DNA of 64,000 bases from Spirochaetaceae bacterium (GCA_051531975.1 JAOPTT010000003.1:224001-288000), one strand, 5' to 3'. Positions 53,292 through 62,767 are shown, numbered from the stretch's first letter. Notes: generated by a model from the sequence alone, not told the origin. Made by a program: numbers and translations.

Positions 53292-54406
53292 GATGTAACC
53301 TCACATTTATAAATATTTATAACCTCAGAACTTGTTAAAAAGTTCTTCTTAATAATTGCTTTATTTTTTAGTACTTTTAATAATTTAGGAATATCAGCAT
53401 TTTTATATTTAATACCTGCATTCTCGAGTAAATGTATAATATTTGATCTACCAGAATGAGTTCCAACAACAATAGAGCTAAAACTTAATCCTTTATCTTC
53501 AGGACAGAATGGTTGATATGCTAATCTATTTTTTTGCATACCATGGCTATGAATTCCTGACTCATGGGTGAAGACAATATCCCCAACTATTGGTTTATCC
53601 ACAGGGATAACTCTATTTGAATAAGATGAAACTAATTTACATAGATCTTTAACTTTTGTTAAATCTACCTTTGATGATAATTTTTTATGCATATCTAAGA
53701 TAAATACTAATTGTTCTAAGGATGTATTACCTGCCCGTTCTCCAATACCATTTACTGTAACATTTACAGAGTCAGCTCCATTTTCTAATGCGGTTAGAGC
53801 ATTTGCAGTTCCTAAGCCAAGATCGTTATGCCCATGGAAATCAATCTTACCAGAAAATTTATCTCTATATAACTTAATTAGTTGTTTAACATTATTAGGA
53901 GTGGTATTTCCTACTGTATCTGAAAATCTAATCCTGAATAAATTATGATCTTCAGCAAAATTACATACATCTAGTAAACGACTATGTTCAGATCTAAAAC
54001 TATCTTGTAGACCTAGCGATACAAACTCAAAATTATCTTTAGCGAATGTTACTACTTCAGTTAATTTTAACATTGCACAGGACCAGGAACCTATTTGAGT
54101 TTGTAGATGATAACTTGATATAGGCATAGAAATATGTATTGTATCCGCACCTGTTTTAAAAGACGCCTTTACATCTTCAATACTTAATCTAGACCATGTC
54201 GAAATTCGAGTATTTGTACTTTCCGATACTAACCATTTTATAAATTTTATTTGATTCGAACCCATAATTGGAGTACCAGCTTCTATCTCATCAACTCCAA
54301 TATTCATTAAGCTATGGGCTATATTAATTTTCTCTTTTATTGAAAAAGAGACACCAGGAGCTTGTTCTCCATCTCTTAGGGTTGTATCAATAATCTCTTT
54401 ATTCAT
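53282..54406 (-). CDS. nifV: Homocitrate synthase
   Basis: DTTLRDGEQAPG, HGHNDLGLG, GIGERAGN and FTHESGIH motifs; nif context. Confidence 0.9.
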   Translation of the reverse strand: MNKEIIDTTLRDGEQAPGVSFSIKEKINIAHSLMNIGVDEIEAGTPIMGSNQIKFIKWLVSESTNTRISTWSRLSIEDVKASFKTGADTIHISMPISSYHLQTQIGSWSCAMLKLTEVVTFAKDNFEFVSLGLQDSFRSEHSRLLDVCNFAEDHNLFRIRFSDTVGNTTPNNVKQLIKLYRDKFSGKIDFHGHNDLGLGTANALTALENGADSVNVTVNGIGERAGNTSLEQLVFILDMHKKLSSKVDLTKVKDLCKLVSSYSNRVIPVDKPIVGDIVFTHESGIHSHGMQKNRLAYQPFCPEDKGLSFSSIVVGTHSGRSNIIHLLENAGIKYKNADIPKLLKVLKNKAIIKKNFLTSSEVINIYKCEVTSWI

Positions 54407-54417
54407 ATAAATAACTA

Positions 54418-54433
54418 TGCAAAAAGTATGCCA
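54418..54433 (-). promoter_or_regulatory. sigma-54 -24/-12 promoter of nifV and the activator
   Basis: TGGCATACTTTTTGCA on the minus strand. Confidence 0.88.
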
Positions 54434-54474
54434 TGTCTAAACACGATTAGAAGCGAGTTTAGATACATAAAGAC

Positions 54475-54523
54475 TACACGAATGTATGGATGTTTAATTT
54501 CCTCAACTGTAATGTAGGGAACA
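54475..54523 (-). promoter_or_regulatory. Upstream activator sites: TAC-N6-GTA (54475-54486), 1-mismatch copy (54505-54516), overlapping TGT-N10-ACA (54508-54523)
   Basis: TACACGAATGTA; AACTGTAATGTA; TGTAATGTAGGGAACA. Confidence 0.7.
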
Positions 54524-54524
54524 C

Positions 54525-55157
54525 TCATGAAACCTTTCCTAAGTTTATCTTATATAAAGTATTGGTCATAAATTTTAAGTCATTAAAGTCGTGACTTATT
54601 ACTAATATTGGAATATCAAGTTCTTTGTTTAAACCCTTTATATATCTTAAAATATTTGATCGTAAACAATAATCGACTGCATTAAATGGTTCATCTAAAA
54701 GTAATAATTCCGGGGATGTTAATATTGCTCTACCGATAGCAATTCTTTGAGCCTCCCCCCCAGATACTAAATATGGTTTTGCTGATAAGATTTTCCTTAA
54801 ATTTAATATCTCGACTATTTTATTAAAATCAACATTTTGTTTTTTAATATATCTAAGACCAAACCTTAAATTTTCTTCAATTGTTAAGTGAGGGAATAAT
54901 AAATTATCCTGAAAAACAATACCCACATTTCTTTTATTAGGAGGTGTATTAATTTTTTTTTCCACATGGGTAATATATCTGTTATTTAATTTAACAAAAC
55001 CTTCTGTAGGTTTCTCTAATCCAGCTAAAATATTAAACAGCGATGTTTTTCCTGCTCCTGAATCACCATATATTCCTGTAATACCTTTTCCAAAATGACC
55101 TTTCAGTTCTAATTTATAATTTAATCGGGGTAGTTTAATGTCAAATTCAAGACTCAT
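54525..55157 (-). CDS. modC: Molybdate ABC transporter ATPase (short, no TOBE domain)
   Basis: GDSGAGKTS, VFQDNLLFPHL, SGGEAQR and LLLDEP; follows modB. Confidence 0.9.
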   Translation of the reverse strand: MSLEFDIKLPRLNYKLELKGHFGKGITGIYGDSGAGKTSLFNILAGLEKPTEGFVKLNNRYITHVEKKINTPPNKRNVGIVFQDNLLFPHLTIEENLRFGLRYIKKQNVDFNKIVEILNLRKILSAKPYLVSGGEAQRIAIGRAILTSPELLLLDEPFNAVDYCLRSNILRYIKGLNKELDIPILVISHDFNDLKFMTNTLYKINLGKVS

Positions 55158-55833
55158 TAATTATCCTCCAATTGTTGTATTTTTTATTGAGGGTTGAAGA
55201 TGAAAACAAAGCTAGAAACGAAATAAATATAGAAATTGCAACTAAAAACATTGCATCTCGCCCTCTACCTGGAATCTGTAATAAAGTATACACAGACAGA
55301 GGAATTGTTCGTGTCTCCCCTAATATATTACCAGCAAATGTTATTGTAGCTCCAAACTCTCCTAAGCTACGAGCAAAACCTAAGATTGAACCACTAATAA
55401 TACCAGGAATTATTAGCGGTACTATTACTCTAATAAATGTTTCAAATCTTCCTGCACCTAATGTCATTGCTGCTTTCTCCAACTTAGGATCAACCATTTC
55501 CATAGAAACTCGTAAACTTCTTGTAATTAAAGGAAAGGAGACAACCATAGAAGAGAGAATGGCTGCCCCCTCAGTAAATGCTATTCTAAGACCAGTAAAT
55601 AAATATAATGGAGCACCTAGTAGGCCATTTTTTCCAAATATCAATAACAGTAGAAATCCAGTGGTAACTGGAGGCATAACAAGAGGAAGATTTATAAAAC
55701 CATCTATTAATTGCTTTCCTTTAAACTGTTTTCTTGCCATGATATACGAAACAAATAGAGCAAATGGTAAATTAATTACCGTTGCAAAAAAACCGACCTT
55801 AAGAGATAAAAGAACCGTTACTAGTATATTCAT
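55147..55833 (-). CDS. modB: Molybdate ABC permease
   Basis: LPLVMPPV and FARSLGEFGAT motifs. Confidence 0.95.
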   Translation of the reverse strand: MNILVTVLLSLKVGFFATVINLPFALFVSYIMARKQFKGKQLIDGFINLPLVMPPVTTGFLLLLIFGKNGLLGAPLYLFTGLRIAFTEGAAILSSMVVSFPLITRSLRVSMEMVDPKLEKAAMTLGAGRFETFIRVIVPLIIPGIISGSILGFARSLGEFGATITFAGNILGETRTIPLSVYTLLQIPGRGRDAMFLVAISIFISFLALFSSSTLNKKYNNWRIINES

Positions 55834-56576
55834 AGGTTACTAAATCCATTTGTTTTATATATTTGTTTTGCTTCTTCATCCTCTATAAGGAATTTATAGA
55901 GATCTGCAGCCTGTTTATTATTATTAAGAAGGGCACAGTAATATTCAATTTTATTATGAGATTCTTCTGAAAAAACCTCTACTATTTTAACTTTTTTACT
56001 TCTTAATGCATCAGTATTATAAACAATCCCGAATTCAGTCTCTGACATTTCGACTACAGATAAAGCTGCTCTTACATTTGCTCCAGGTAGAAGTCTTGAT
56101 TCCAGAATTTCATACCAATCATAAAACTCTAAAACCTCTTTTGCATAGGCTCCTGCAGGTACATAATCTGGGTCACCAACTGAAAGTTTCCCTGTAAAAG
56201 ATCCCGGAAAACTATTATCAAGATTAAATGTTAAGTCACTATCTTTAGGAGATATTAATACTAACGAATTAGATAGAAAAGGTTCTATCCTTATTGTTAG
56301 ATGTTCGATGTGATCCATCCATTTTTTTGATGCTGAAATGTAGATATCGGCAGTGGCACCATTTAAAACTTGTTTTGCTAAGACTCCACTAGAAGCTGGA
56401 CTAAGCTTTATTTTAATACCTGTTTTTGATGAGTACAAATCAGATAATTCCTCCATCAAATCTGTACTACTTGAAGCAATAAAGAGGGTTATATATTCAG
56501 ATTTATTATTTATTGGTTTTACAGATATTAAAAAAATAACCAGAGTAATTGTAAATATTAATACTATCTTCTTCAT
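55830..56576 (-). CDS. modA: Molybdate-binding protein
   Basis: IASSS, ASSGVLAKQ, GDPDYVPAGAYA and NVRAAL motifs. Confidence 0.93.
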   Translation of the reverse strand: MKKIVLIFTITLVIFLISVKPINNKSEYITLFIASSSTDLMEELSDLYSSKTGIKIKLSPASSGVLAKQVLNGATADIYISASKKWMDHIEHLTIRIEPFLSNSLVLISPKDSDLTFNLDNSFPGSFTGKLSVGDPDYVPAGAYAKEVLEFYDWYEILESRLLPGANVRAALSVVEMSETEFGIVYNTDALRSKKVKIVEVFSEESHNKIEYYCALLNNNKQAADLYKFLIEDEEAKQIYKTNGFSNL

Positions 56577-56591
56577 TTAACCCTACTAATA

Positions 56592-56900
56592 TTATGAAAT
56601 CTCGTAATCTGTATTTATTTCATCATCTTCTATACTATCTAATATATTATCTATATCTTCTTCAGAGTTGATTCCGCCATACCATGTGTTCTCAGGATAA
56701 ACAACCAATGCAGGCCCTCTATCACAAACCTTTAAGCAACTTGTTAATGACAACATAATATCGTGTAATCCCCTATCATCAATTTCCTCTTGGAGGTATT
56801 GAATTAGTGCAACACCCCCACTTTTATCACAAATCCCCTGAGGTGTTCCATTTGCTCTAAAACTCGCACATAAAAAAATATGTTTTCTTGGTTTTTCCAT
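56592..56900 (-). CDS. Thioredoxin-like [2Fe-2S] ferredoxin
   Basis: HIFLC..., C, CLKVCDRGP..VVYPENTWY; directly follows nifB. Confidence 0.9.
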   Translation of the reverse strand: MEKPRKHIFLCASFRANGTPQGICDKSGGVALIQYLQEEIDDRGLHDIMLSLTSCLKVCDRGPALVVYPENTWYGGINSEEDIDNILDSIEDDEINTDYEIS

Positions 56901-56927
56901 AACTATATACTCCTTCTTTTATGAATT

Positions 56928-58205
56928 TTAATTACAACCACCACCTGAACCACTACACGCGATACCACAATCTTTACTTCTACATGTCATAGGAGCTAGA
57001 GATTGACCGCTATATACTTTATTAACAGCATCGCTTAATAGACCTTCTATCTGGTAAACTTTTAATCCTTTACTCTCCAACACTTTTTTAGGACTATTAC
57101 CAATACCATTCACGATTATTGCCCTACAGTCTGAAAAACAATCAGCTAATGATTCCCACCTAGTTGTATTGCCACCTTTAGAAGGAGTAATTCTCCTCTC
57201 TTTAAGTTTAACTTCGTCACCAATTTTTTCGTATATTGCTAAGCTACTAGCTTCACCTAAATGTTGATTGACCAAAAATCCTTCTCTTGTTGCAACAGCT
57301 ACAAATGGCCTATTTTCTTTAGGAAATATAGACATTGTAGATGCTTGTCGCATTAATCCTTGAAACTTAGTTGGATCTTTATCATCTAACATTCCAGCAG
57401 CATCAGCTCTGCAGCGTTGGCAATGTTTCATTTGAGGAAGATACTCACCAGCCTCTTTTTTAATCTTATACATCATCGAATGGTCTGGTTCTTCAAGATC
57501 AGAAAATGCTGTACCTTCAACAGGAATCATTGGAATGCAATTAAAAATGTCTACACCTCTTTTAGCCATCTCCTTAGCAATTTCTGGAATATGATGATCA
57601 TTTATTCCTGGTATAACAATAGAATTAACTTTTACAGTAATCCCATGATCTTTTAAAGAAGCTATTGCTGCTAGTTGGTTTTCTAATAAAAGAGTTGCAG
57701 CTTCTTTACCTCTAAATATTCTTTTTCCGACTCTAATCCAACCATAGATCTTCTCCCCAATCTCAGCTTTAATAGCATTGACTGTTATAGTTACGTGGCT
57801 AACTCCAATTTCTGCTAAGTCGTTTACAGAACCTAATAAATTGAGACCATTTGATGAAATACATAACAGTGTATCAGGATGAGATTCTCTAATTAACCTC
57901 ATGGTATTTAGCGTCGGTGCAGGGTCTGAAAAGGGGTCTCCAGGGCCTGCAATTCCTGCAACGGAAATAGGTATATCTGCTGAGATCTCATCAAAAAACC
58001 ATGCTGCTTGACCTGGAGATAATATGGAACTAGTAACACCAGGCCTAGACTCATTAACACAGTCATAATCTCTGTTGCAAAAATTACACTGGACATTACA
58101 TTCAGGAGCAACAGGGAGATGCACTCTACCATATGATTTTGCTGCTTCTTTGTTAAAACACGGATGTTTTGACTGTGACCCTAGGCTGTCTTTTTTTAAA
58201 TTCAT
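56928..58205 (-). CDS. nifB: FeMo-co biosynthesis radical SAM protein with NifX-like C-terminal domain
   Basis: HPCF, CNVQCNFC, NESRPGV, AGPGDP, HCQRCRADA and VNQHLG motifs. Confidence 0.96.
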   Translation of the reverse strand: MNLKKDSLGSQSKHPCFNKEAAKSYGRVHLPVAPECNVQCNFCNRDYDCVNESRPGVTSSILSPGQAAWFFDEISADIPISVAGIAGPGDPFSDPAPTLNTMRLIRESHPDTLLCISSNGLNLLGSVNDLAEIGVSHVTITVNAIKAEIGEKIYGWIRVGKRIFRGKEAATLLLENQLAAIASLKDHGITVKVNSIVIPGINDHHIPEIAKEMAKRGVDIFNCIPMIPVEGTAFSDLEEPDHSMMYKIKKEAGEYLPQMKHCQRCRADAAGMLDDKDPTKFQGLMRQASTMSIFPKENRPFVAVATREGFLVNQHLGEASSLAIYEKIGDEVKLKERRITPSKGGNTTRWESLADCFSDCRAIIVNGIGNSPKKVLESKGLKVYQIEGLLSDAVNKVYSGQSLAPMTCRSKDCGIACSGSGGGCN

Positions 58206-58216
58206 AACTTTCTCCT

Positions 58217-59551
58217 TTATTGATACGAGTACCCAACTGGGGATTTATCTTGTTTTATTGTTAATAATGTATTTGTAATTTGATCTAGTAAATTCATTGC
58301 ACCTGCATAGCCTAAATGAAGAAATCTTGGTCCTCCAATCCGGTCATGGATTGGGAATCCACACCTAACTAGAGGTATATCTCTAGTTCTCGAAATTCTG
58401 TATCCTTTACTGTTACCAATTAGAAGATCAACTTTTATATTGTCTAATAGCTTATCTAGGGTCTCAAAATCTACATCTGCTTTTATGAACTCTGGTTTTG
58501 AAAATTCTAAACAACTATCTATATACTCTTCAAACTTTGGAAATGGCGTTCCACATGCACAAATTACTGGAATAATACCTACTTCATCTAAAAATGAAGC
58601 TACACCAGCAACAAAGTCTGCATCACCATATACAACAGCTCTTTTTCCAAATGTATATTTATGAGAATCTGCATATGCATCAATAAGTCGTGCTCGTTCA
58701 CTTAAATAATATTCATTGGTCTTAACTCCACTTCTTTTACATAAAAGCTGAGTTAATTCATCTGTTCCCCTAACACCTATTGGTGGTCTTAGCCCAAAAA
58801 AATCTACATTATCATTTATTTCTAAAGTTTTACCTGGGTTAATATCATCTCTTAGTAGTGGACTAAAACCTATCGAAGTATTAGCTAAGTGAGCGGCTGC
58901 AATGTTTTTTAATGCTGTTCCTCCAGGGGCTATTGGGACATATTCCCCCCAAACTCCTCCATCTAAAGTTTCTGAATAATCAGGAAGAACCATATAATTT
59001 TCAAAATAACTTCCTACTAATTGTTTTAAATATCGTAGATCAGCTGTAGAGTAAATTGATGGAAAAATATTTATATCTTGAACTTTTATATTATCCCTCT
59101 TTTTCTCAGTTACCATACTTGTAACTGCAGCATAATATCCGTCTAAATGTGCCCCACCAAATGTTGGGGGTGTAATTGAAATAACTTCTGCATCCACTTC
59201 TTTATTACACTCTCTACAGTATGACTTTATATCATCACCAATGGTCTCAGACAAACATGTTGCCGCTACTGCAATAAACTTCGGATCATATTTTTTTTGA
59301 ACATTTTCTATAGCCGCTTTTAAGTTAGTTTTACCACCAAAAATTGCAGATATTTCACTAAAACTTGACGATGCAATATCTAAAGGTTCTTTAAAGTGAC
59401 TTATCATATATCGTCTTATATAAGTGGCACATCCCTGGGAACCGTGCATAATACTCATTGCAGATTCAACACCTTTTATAGCAAGGCTAACCCCTAAAGG
59501 AGCGCATACTTTACATGGATTTGTTGTTGATACAAAATCTTCTTCTATCAT
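58217..59551 (-). CDS. nifN: FeMo-co scaffold beta subunit
   Basis: NPCKVCAPLG, HGSQGCATYIRRYMISHFKEP and GFPIHDRIG; ATG 59551 after AAGGAA. Confidence 0.93.
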   Translation of the reverse strand: MIEEDFVSTTNPCKVCAPLGVSLAIKGVESAMSIMHGSQGCATYIRRYMISHFKEPLDIASSSFSEISAIFGGKTNLKAAIENVQKKYDPKFIAVAATCLSETIGDDIKSYCRECNKEVDAEVISITPPTFGGAHLDGYYAAVTSMVTEKKRDNIKVQDINIFPSIYSTADLRYLKQLVGSYFENYMVLPDYSETLDGGVWGEYVPIAPGGTALKNIAAAHLANTSIGFSPLLRDDINPGKTLEINDNVDFFGLRPPIGVRGTDELTQLLCKRSGVKTNEYYLSERARLIDAYADSHKYTFGKRAVVYGDADFVAGVASFLDEVGIIPVICACGTPFPKFEEYIDSCLEFSKPEFIKADVDFETLDKLLDNIKVDLLIGNSKGYRISRTRDIPLVRCGFPIHDRIGGPRFLHLGYAGAMNLLDQITNTLLTIKQDKSPVGYSYQ

Positions 59552-59553
59552 AC

Positions 59554-60912
59554 TTAATTCCTTAAACTGCCAATTTTTCTTGGGACAAAACTCCAAACAG
59601 GACTCATTACTGAGCTATAAACTTCTCTAAAAAAATTAATCATACCTTCGTAACCTGCTAAAGCTATCTTTCTCTCATGATTATGGTCACAAAATCCAAT
59701 ACCGATTTTAAATGCTATTGGTCTCTCTTTTACTCCACCAATGAAAAGATCCGCACCTTTTTCTATTACAAAGTCTGAAAGTTCTAAAGGATTTGAATCG
59801 TCAACAATAATACAACCGGGATCTGATAACATTTTAAGCTGTTCATAATCATCTTTGTTTCCAGTTTGAGAACCAGCAACTACAACTGACATTCCTATTA
59901 ATTTAAGGGCTTTTATTAGGGAGAAAGCCTTAAATGCACCACCAACATAAACTGCAGCTTTTTTACCTGCTAAAGCTGTTCTATACTTCTCTATTTCAGG
60001 CATTATCACACTGATCTCTTCTCTAACTACTTCTTCAGCCTTCTTTCGAACTTCTGGGTAGTCACCAAAAAAATCCGCAACATCGTAAAGAGCTTTAGAC
60101 ATGTCCTCTATTCCAAAATAGGAAACTCTCATAAATGGAATCCCATACTCTTTTTTCATATGTTTTGCTAAATAAGATAAAGAGCCTGAACATTGCACAA
60201 CATTTAAACTTGCACCGTGGGATTTACTAATTTTTTTAACTCTACCATCACCAGTTAGAATTGATACAACCTCTATTCCCATACGTTTATAATATTCTTG
60301 AATCATCCATGCTTCACCAGCTAAGTTAAACTCACCTAATATATTGATGCTAAGTTTTGGTACTTTTGAGATATCACCTGTACCTACAATTGTGGCTAAC
60401 GCATCACATGCAGCTTTATACCCATCTTTTTTAGTACCTTTAAATCCCTCTGAATGGACTGGAATTACTGGAATACCTACTTTAGAACCAGCAGTTTTAC
60501 AAACAGCTGCAATGTCATCTCCAATAATTCCAGTTATACATGTAGCGTATACAAATGCCGCTTTAGGATTATACTGTTCTATTAATTTTTCTAGAGCACG
60601 GCCTAGTTTTTTCTCGCCACCAAAAACTACATCTTTCTCTTTCAAATCCGTAGAGAAACTTAAACGATGCAGTTCTGGACCAGAACTTAAACTACCTCTG
60701 ATATCCCATGTAAAAGAAGCACAACCTATAGGCCCATGAACAATATGTAGAGCATCAGCTACTGGATATAAAACCACACGAGATCCACAAAACACACATG
60801 CTCTTTGGCTAACAGAACCTGCCAAAGATTTTTTCTCACATGTAATTGACCCCTCACTTTCCGATTTTATCCATACCTGATCTTTTCTCTCGTTTAATAA
60901 TGTTGAACTCAT
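59554..60912 (-). CDS. nifE: FeMo-co scaffold alpha subunit
   Basis: SQRACVFCGSRVVL, HGPIGC, TCITGIIGDD and GGVKERP motifs. Confidence 0.95.
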   Translation of the reverse strand: MSSTLLNERKDQVWIKSESEGSITCEKKSLAGSVSQRACVFCGSRVVLYPVADALHIVHGPIGCASFTWDIRGSLSSGPELHRLSFSTDLKEKDVVFGGEKKLGRALEKLIEQYNPKAAFVYATCITGIIGDDIAAVCKTAGSKVGIPVIPVHSEGFKGTKKDGYKAACDALATIVGTGDISKVPKLSINILGEFNLAGEAWMIQEYYKRMGIEVVSILTGDGRVKKISKSHGASLNVVQCSGSLSYLAKHMKKEYGIPFMRVSYFGIEDMSKALYDVADFFGDYPEVRKKAEEVVREEISVIMPEIEKYRTALAGKKAAVYVGGAFKAFSLIKALKLIGMSVVVAGSQTGNKDDYEQLKMLSDPGCIIVDDSNPLELSDFVIEKGADLFIGGVKERPIAFKIGIGFCDHNHERKIALAGYEGMINFFREVYSSVMSPVWSFVPRKIGSLRN

Positions 60913-60941
60913 ATCATTAACCTCTTCTATGTTAATAACAT

Positions 60942-60957
60942 TGCAATGAGTATGCCA
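60942..60957 (-). promoter_or_regulatory. sigma-54 -24/-12 promoter of nifE-nifN-nifB-fdx-modABC
   Basis: TGGCATACTCATTGCA on the minus strand. Confidence 0.88.
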
Positions 60958-61000
60958 AAAATAAAAAAGTATGGTAAAAAGTAGTAAAAAGGTAATTTTT

Positions 61001-61012
61001 TACATAGATGTA
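61001..61012 (-). promoter_or_regulatory. Upstream activator site TAC-N6-GTA
   Basis: TACATAGATGTA; weaker copies at 61042-61053, 61095-61106 and 61125-61136. Confidence 0.72.
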
Positions 61013-61176
61013 ATAGATTAGAGTTTTAAAACAAACATATAGACAAATATGTGAATTCAAGTTTCTGTTTATATATTATTAAAAAAAAGATTAGAACATT
61101 AATGTCTACAAGTAGCCGGTTTATGCCATAAATGTAGTTTAAAGTAATTATAATAATTAAATTCTTTTTATATGTA

Positions 61177-62205
61177 TCACGTATCATAACCCATTTTTAT
61201 AAGTTCATTTAAATCGTTATCGTTAATTTTAACACCCTTTGATCTAGCTTCTTCCAAAGATTTCCACCCTCTCTGCCCGGGATAACGAACCTCTGAAACT
61301 CCTGGAACTGGAGTGCTATCTAATACCCACGCCATTAAGTCCTCTATTAACATATTGTACTCATCCATATTTCCTAGGGCATCTATATTCAGTGCAAAAA
61401 CATGGGTATTTTGACCACCTACCTTTTCTTTATTAATAGGTTTAGAACCAGCTGCTGCAGTCATGGCCTCTATTAATAGTGCTAAAGATGTACCTCTAAA
61501 TCCATAGTCAGCACCACCAAAAGGTAAAATAGTTCCACCGTTTCTTGCCTCATCTGGATTATTACTTGGGTATCCCTCTTTATCCTGATAGATATTGCCA
61601 ATAGCTTTTACACCATTTGTAGACATCTGATTAGTCTTTCCCATAGATATTGTAGATGTTGAAAAATCGGCAACAAGTGGTTTTAATCCAGTCTTTTCTC
61701 TGTTAAGTGGAAAGCTAAACGCCATTGGACTAGTATTTAATTTAGGTTCTTTACCACCAAACATATTAACAAATGCAATATGTGATGTCTGATTCCAAGC
61801 CATCATTAAATATCCTTTTTTTGCCCAATGTGACAGGTGATAACCCATAGTTCCAACCCATCCACCATTAATTAATGAAACAAAACCAAGACCATGATCT
61901 TTAGCTAAATAGGCAGCTCTGTCCATACCCCATAAAATAGGTTCAACATTAGGTGTTTTTGAGCAATCTGCAGTTAGTAGTGCTCCAAACTCATTAATTA
62001 TTTTAGGAAGGACTATATTTTCTGGTGATTTTTTTATATCTCTAATAGTACAATTTAGTGGTGGTAATCCATGTGTATCGACACCAAAACCATGAACTTC
62101 AACCTGAGCTGTGGCCATTCTATTTGCCCGATCAAATGGTACCCCTAGTTCTACTAATTGTTCTGTATAAAATGTTATTAAATGATTTATCTCTATTTTT
62201 TCCAT
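61177..62205 (-). CDS. Ldh_2 family (malate/lactate/ureidoglycolate-type) oxidoreductase
   Basis: GVDTHG, HGLGFVSL, FGG..LNTSPMAF, ILPFGG..GFRGTSLAL and VRYPG motifs. Confidence 0.85.
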   Translation of the reverse strand: MEKIEINHLITFYTEQLVELGVPFDRANRMATAQVEVHGFGVDTHGLPPLNCTIRDIKKSPENIVLPKIINEFGALLTADCSKTPNVEPILWGMDRAAYLAKDHGLGFVSLINGGWVGTMGYHLSHWAKKGYLMMAWNQTSHIAFVNMFGGKEPKLNTSPMAFSFPLNREKTGLKPLVADFSTSTISMGKTNQMSTNGVKAIGNIYQDKEGYPSNNPDEARNGGTILPFGGADYGFRGTSLALLIEAMTAAAGSKPINKEKVGGQNTHVFALNIDALGNMDEYNMLIEDLMAWVLDSTPVPGVSEVRYPGQRGWKSLEEARSKGVKINDNDLNELIKMGYDT

Positions 62206-62323
62206 ATTTCACGATTATACATAAAAGGACTCTTTTTTAACATATCTTTTTTTACAGTCTATTCATTATCGAATTACTAATATATTGATTTTATACCCTA
62301 AATAATCTGGGAGAACAGAATGT

Positions 62324-62749
62324 CTAATATAGATTAACTTGATCTGGTTTGACTATCCAAATTTCATCATCATGATAGACATTTAAAAATATCTTAGTAT
62401 AGTTACCAAGTTCATTCATATTGTTTAGTCTAATTCTAAGGGTGTCTATTTCTTCAGATCCCCACTTTTTTGCAAACTCAAATAGAGCTTCCCTTGGATT
62501 TTTTATTGTTGAACTAATTATATAATCAGAAAATTCAAGATTATGCATAATCCAGATTTTACTATCGAGGGACTCCGTAGATCTAGCAAACCATATAGAA
62601 ATATATGGTGCGGCTAACCACTCTAAAAAAATAGTCCCATTAAATCTGACCCTTGTTTCACATAGATAATCTAATACATTTGTAAACTCACTATTTGACC
62701 ACTCTTCTGATGGGGTTGGAGGTTTAAACTGTTCATTTTTAGATAACAT
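62324..62749 (-). CDS. Hypothetical protein resembling DUF4826
   Basis: AAGGAG SD before ATG 62749; WLAAPYISIW..WI....SDY..NPREALFEFAKKW..DDEIW pattern. Confidence 0.55.
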   Translation of the reverse strand: MLSKNEQFKPPTPSEEWSNSEFTNVLDYLCETRVRFNGTIFLEWLAAPYISIWFARSTESLDSKIWIMHNLEFSDYIISSTIKNPREALFEFAKKWGSEEIDTLRIRLNNMNELGNYTKIFLNVYHDDEIWIVKPDQVNLY

Positions 62750-62767
62750 TATTATCTCCTTTAATAT

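Noticed and set aside
55172..55843. 223-aa plus-strand ORF and other antisense ORFs (e.g. 11856-12377, 15534-16040, 18825-19253, 60344-60739)
   Set aside because: These are shadow frames of well-supported genes on the opposite strand.
61113..61128. TGGCATAAACCGGC on the minus strand, a possible second sigma-54 promoter for nifE
   Set aside because: GG-to-GC spacing is 9 nt rather than the required 10.
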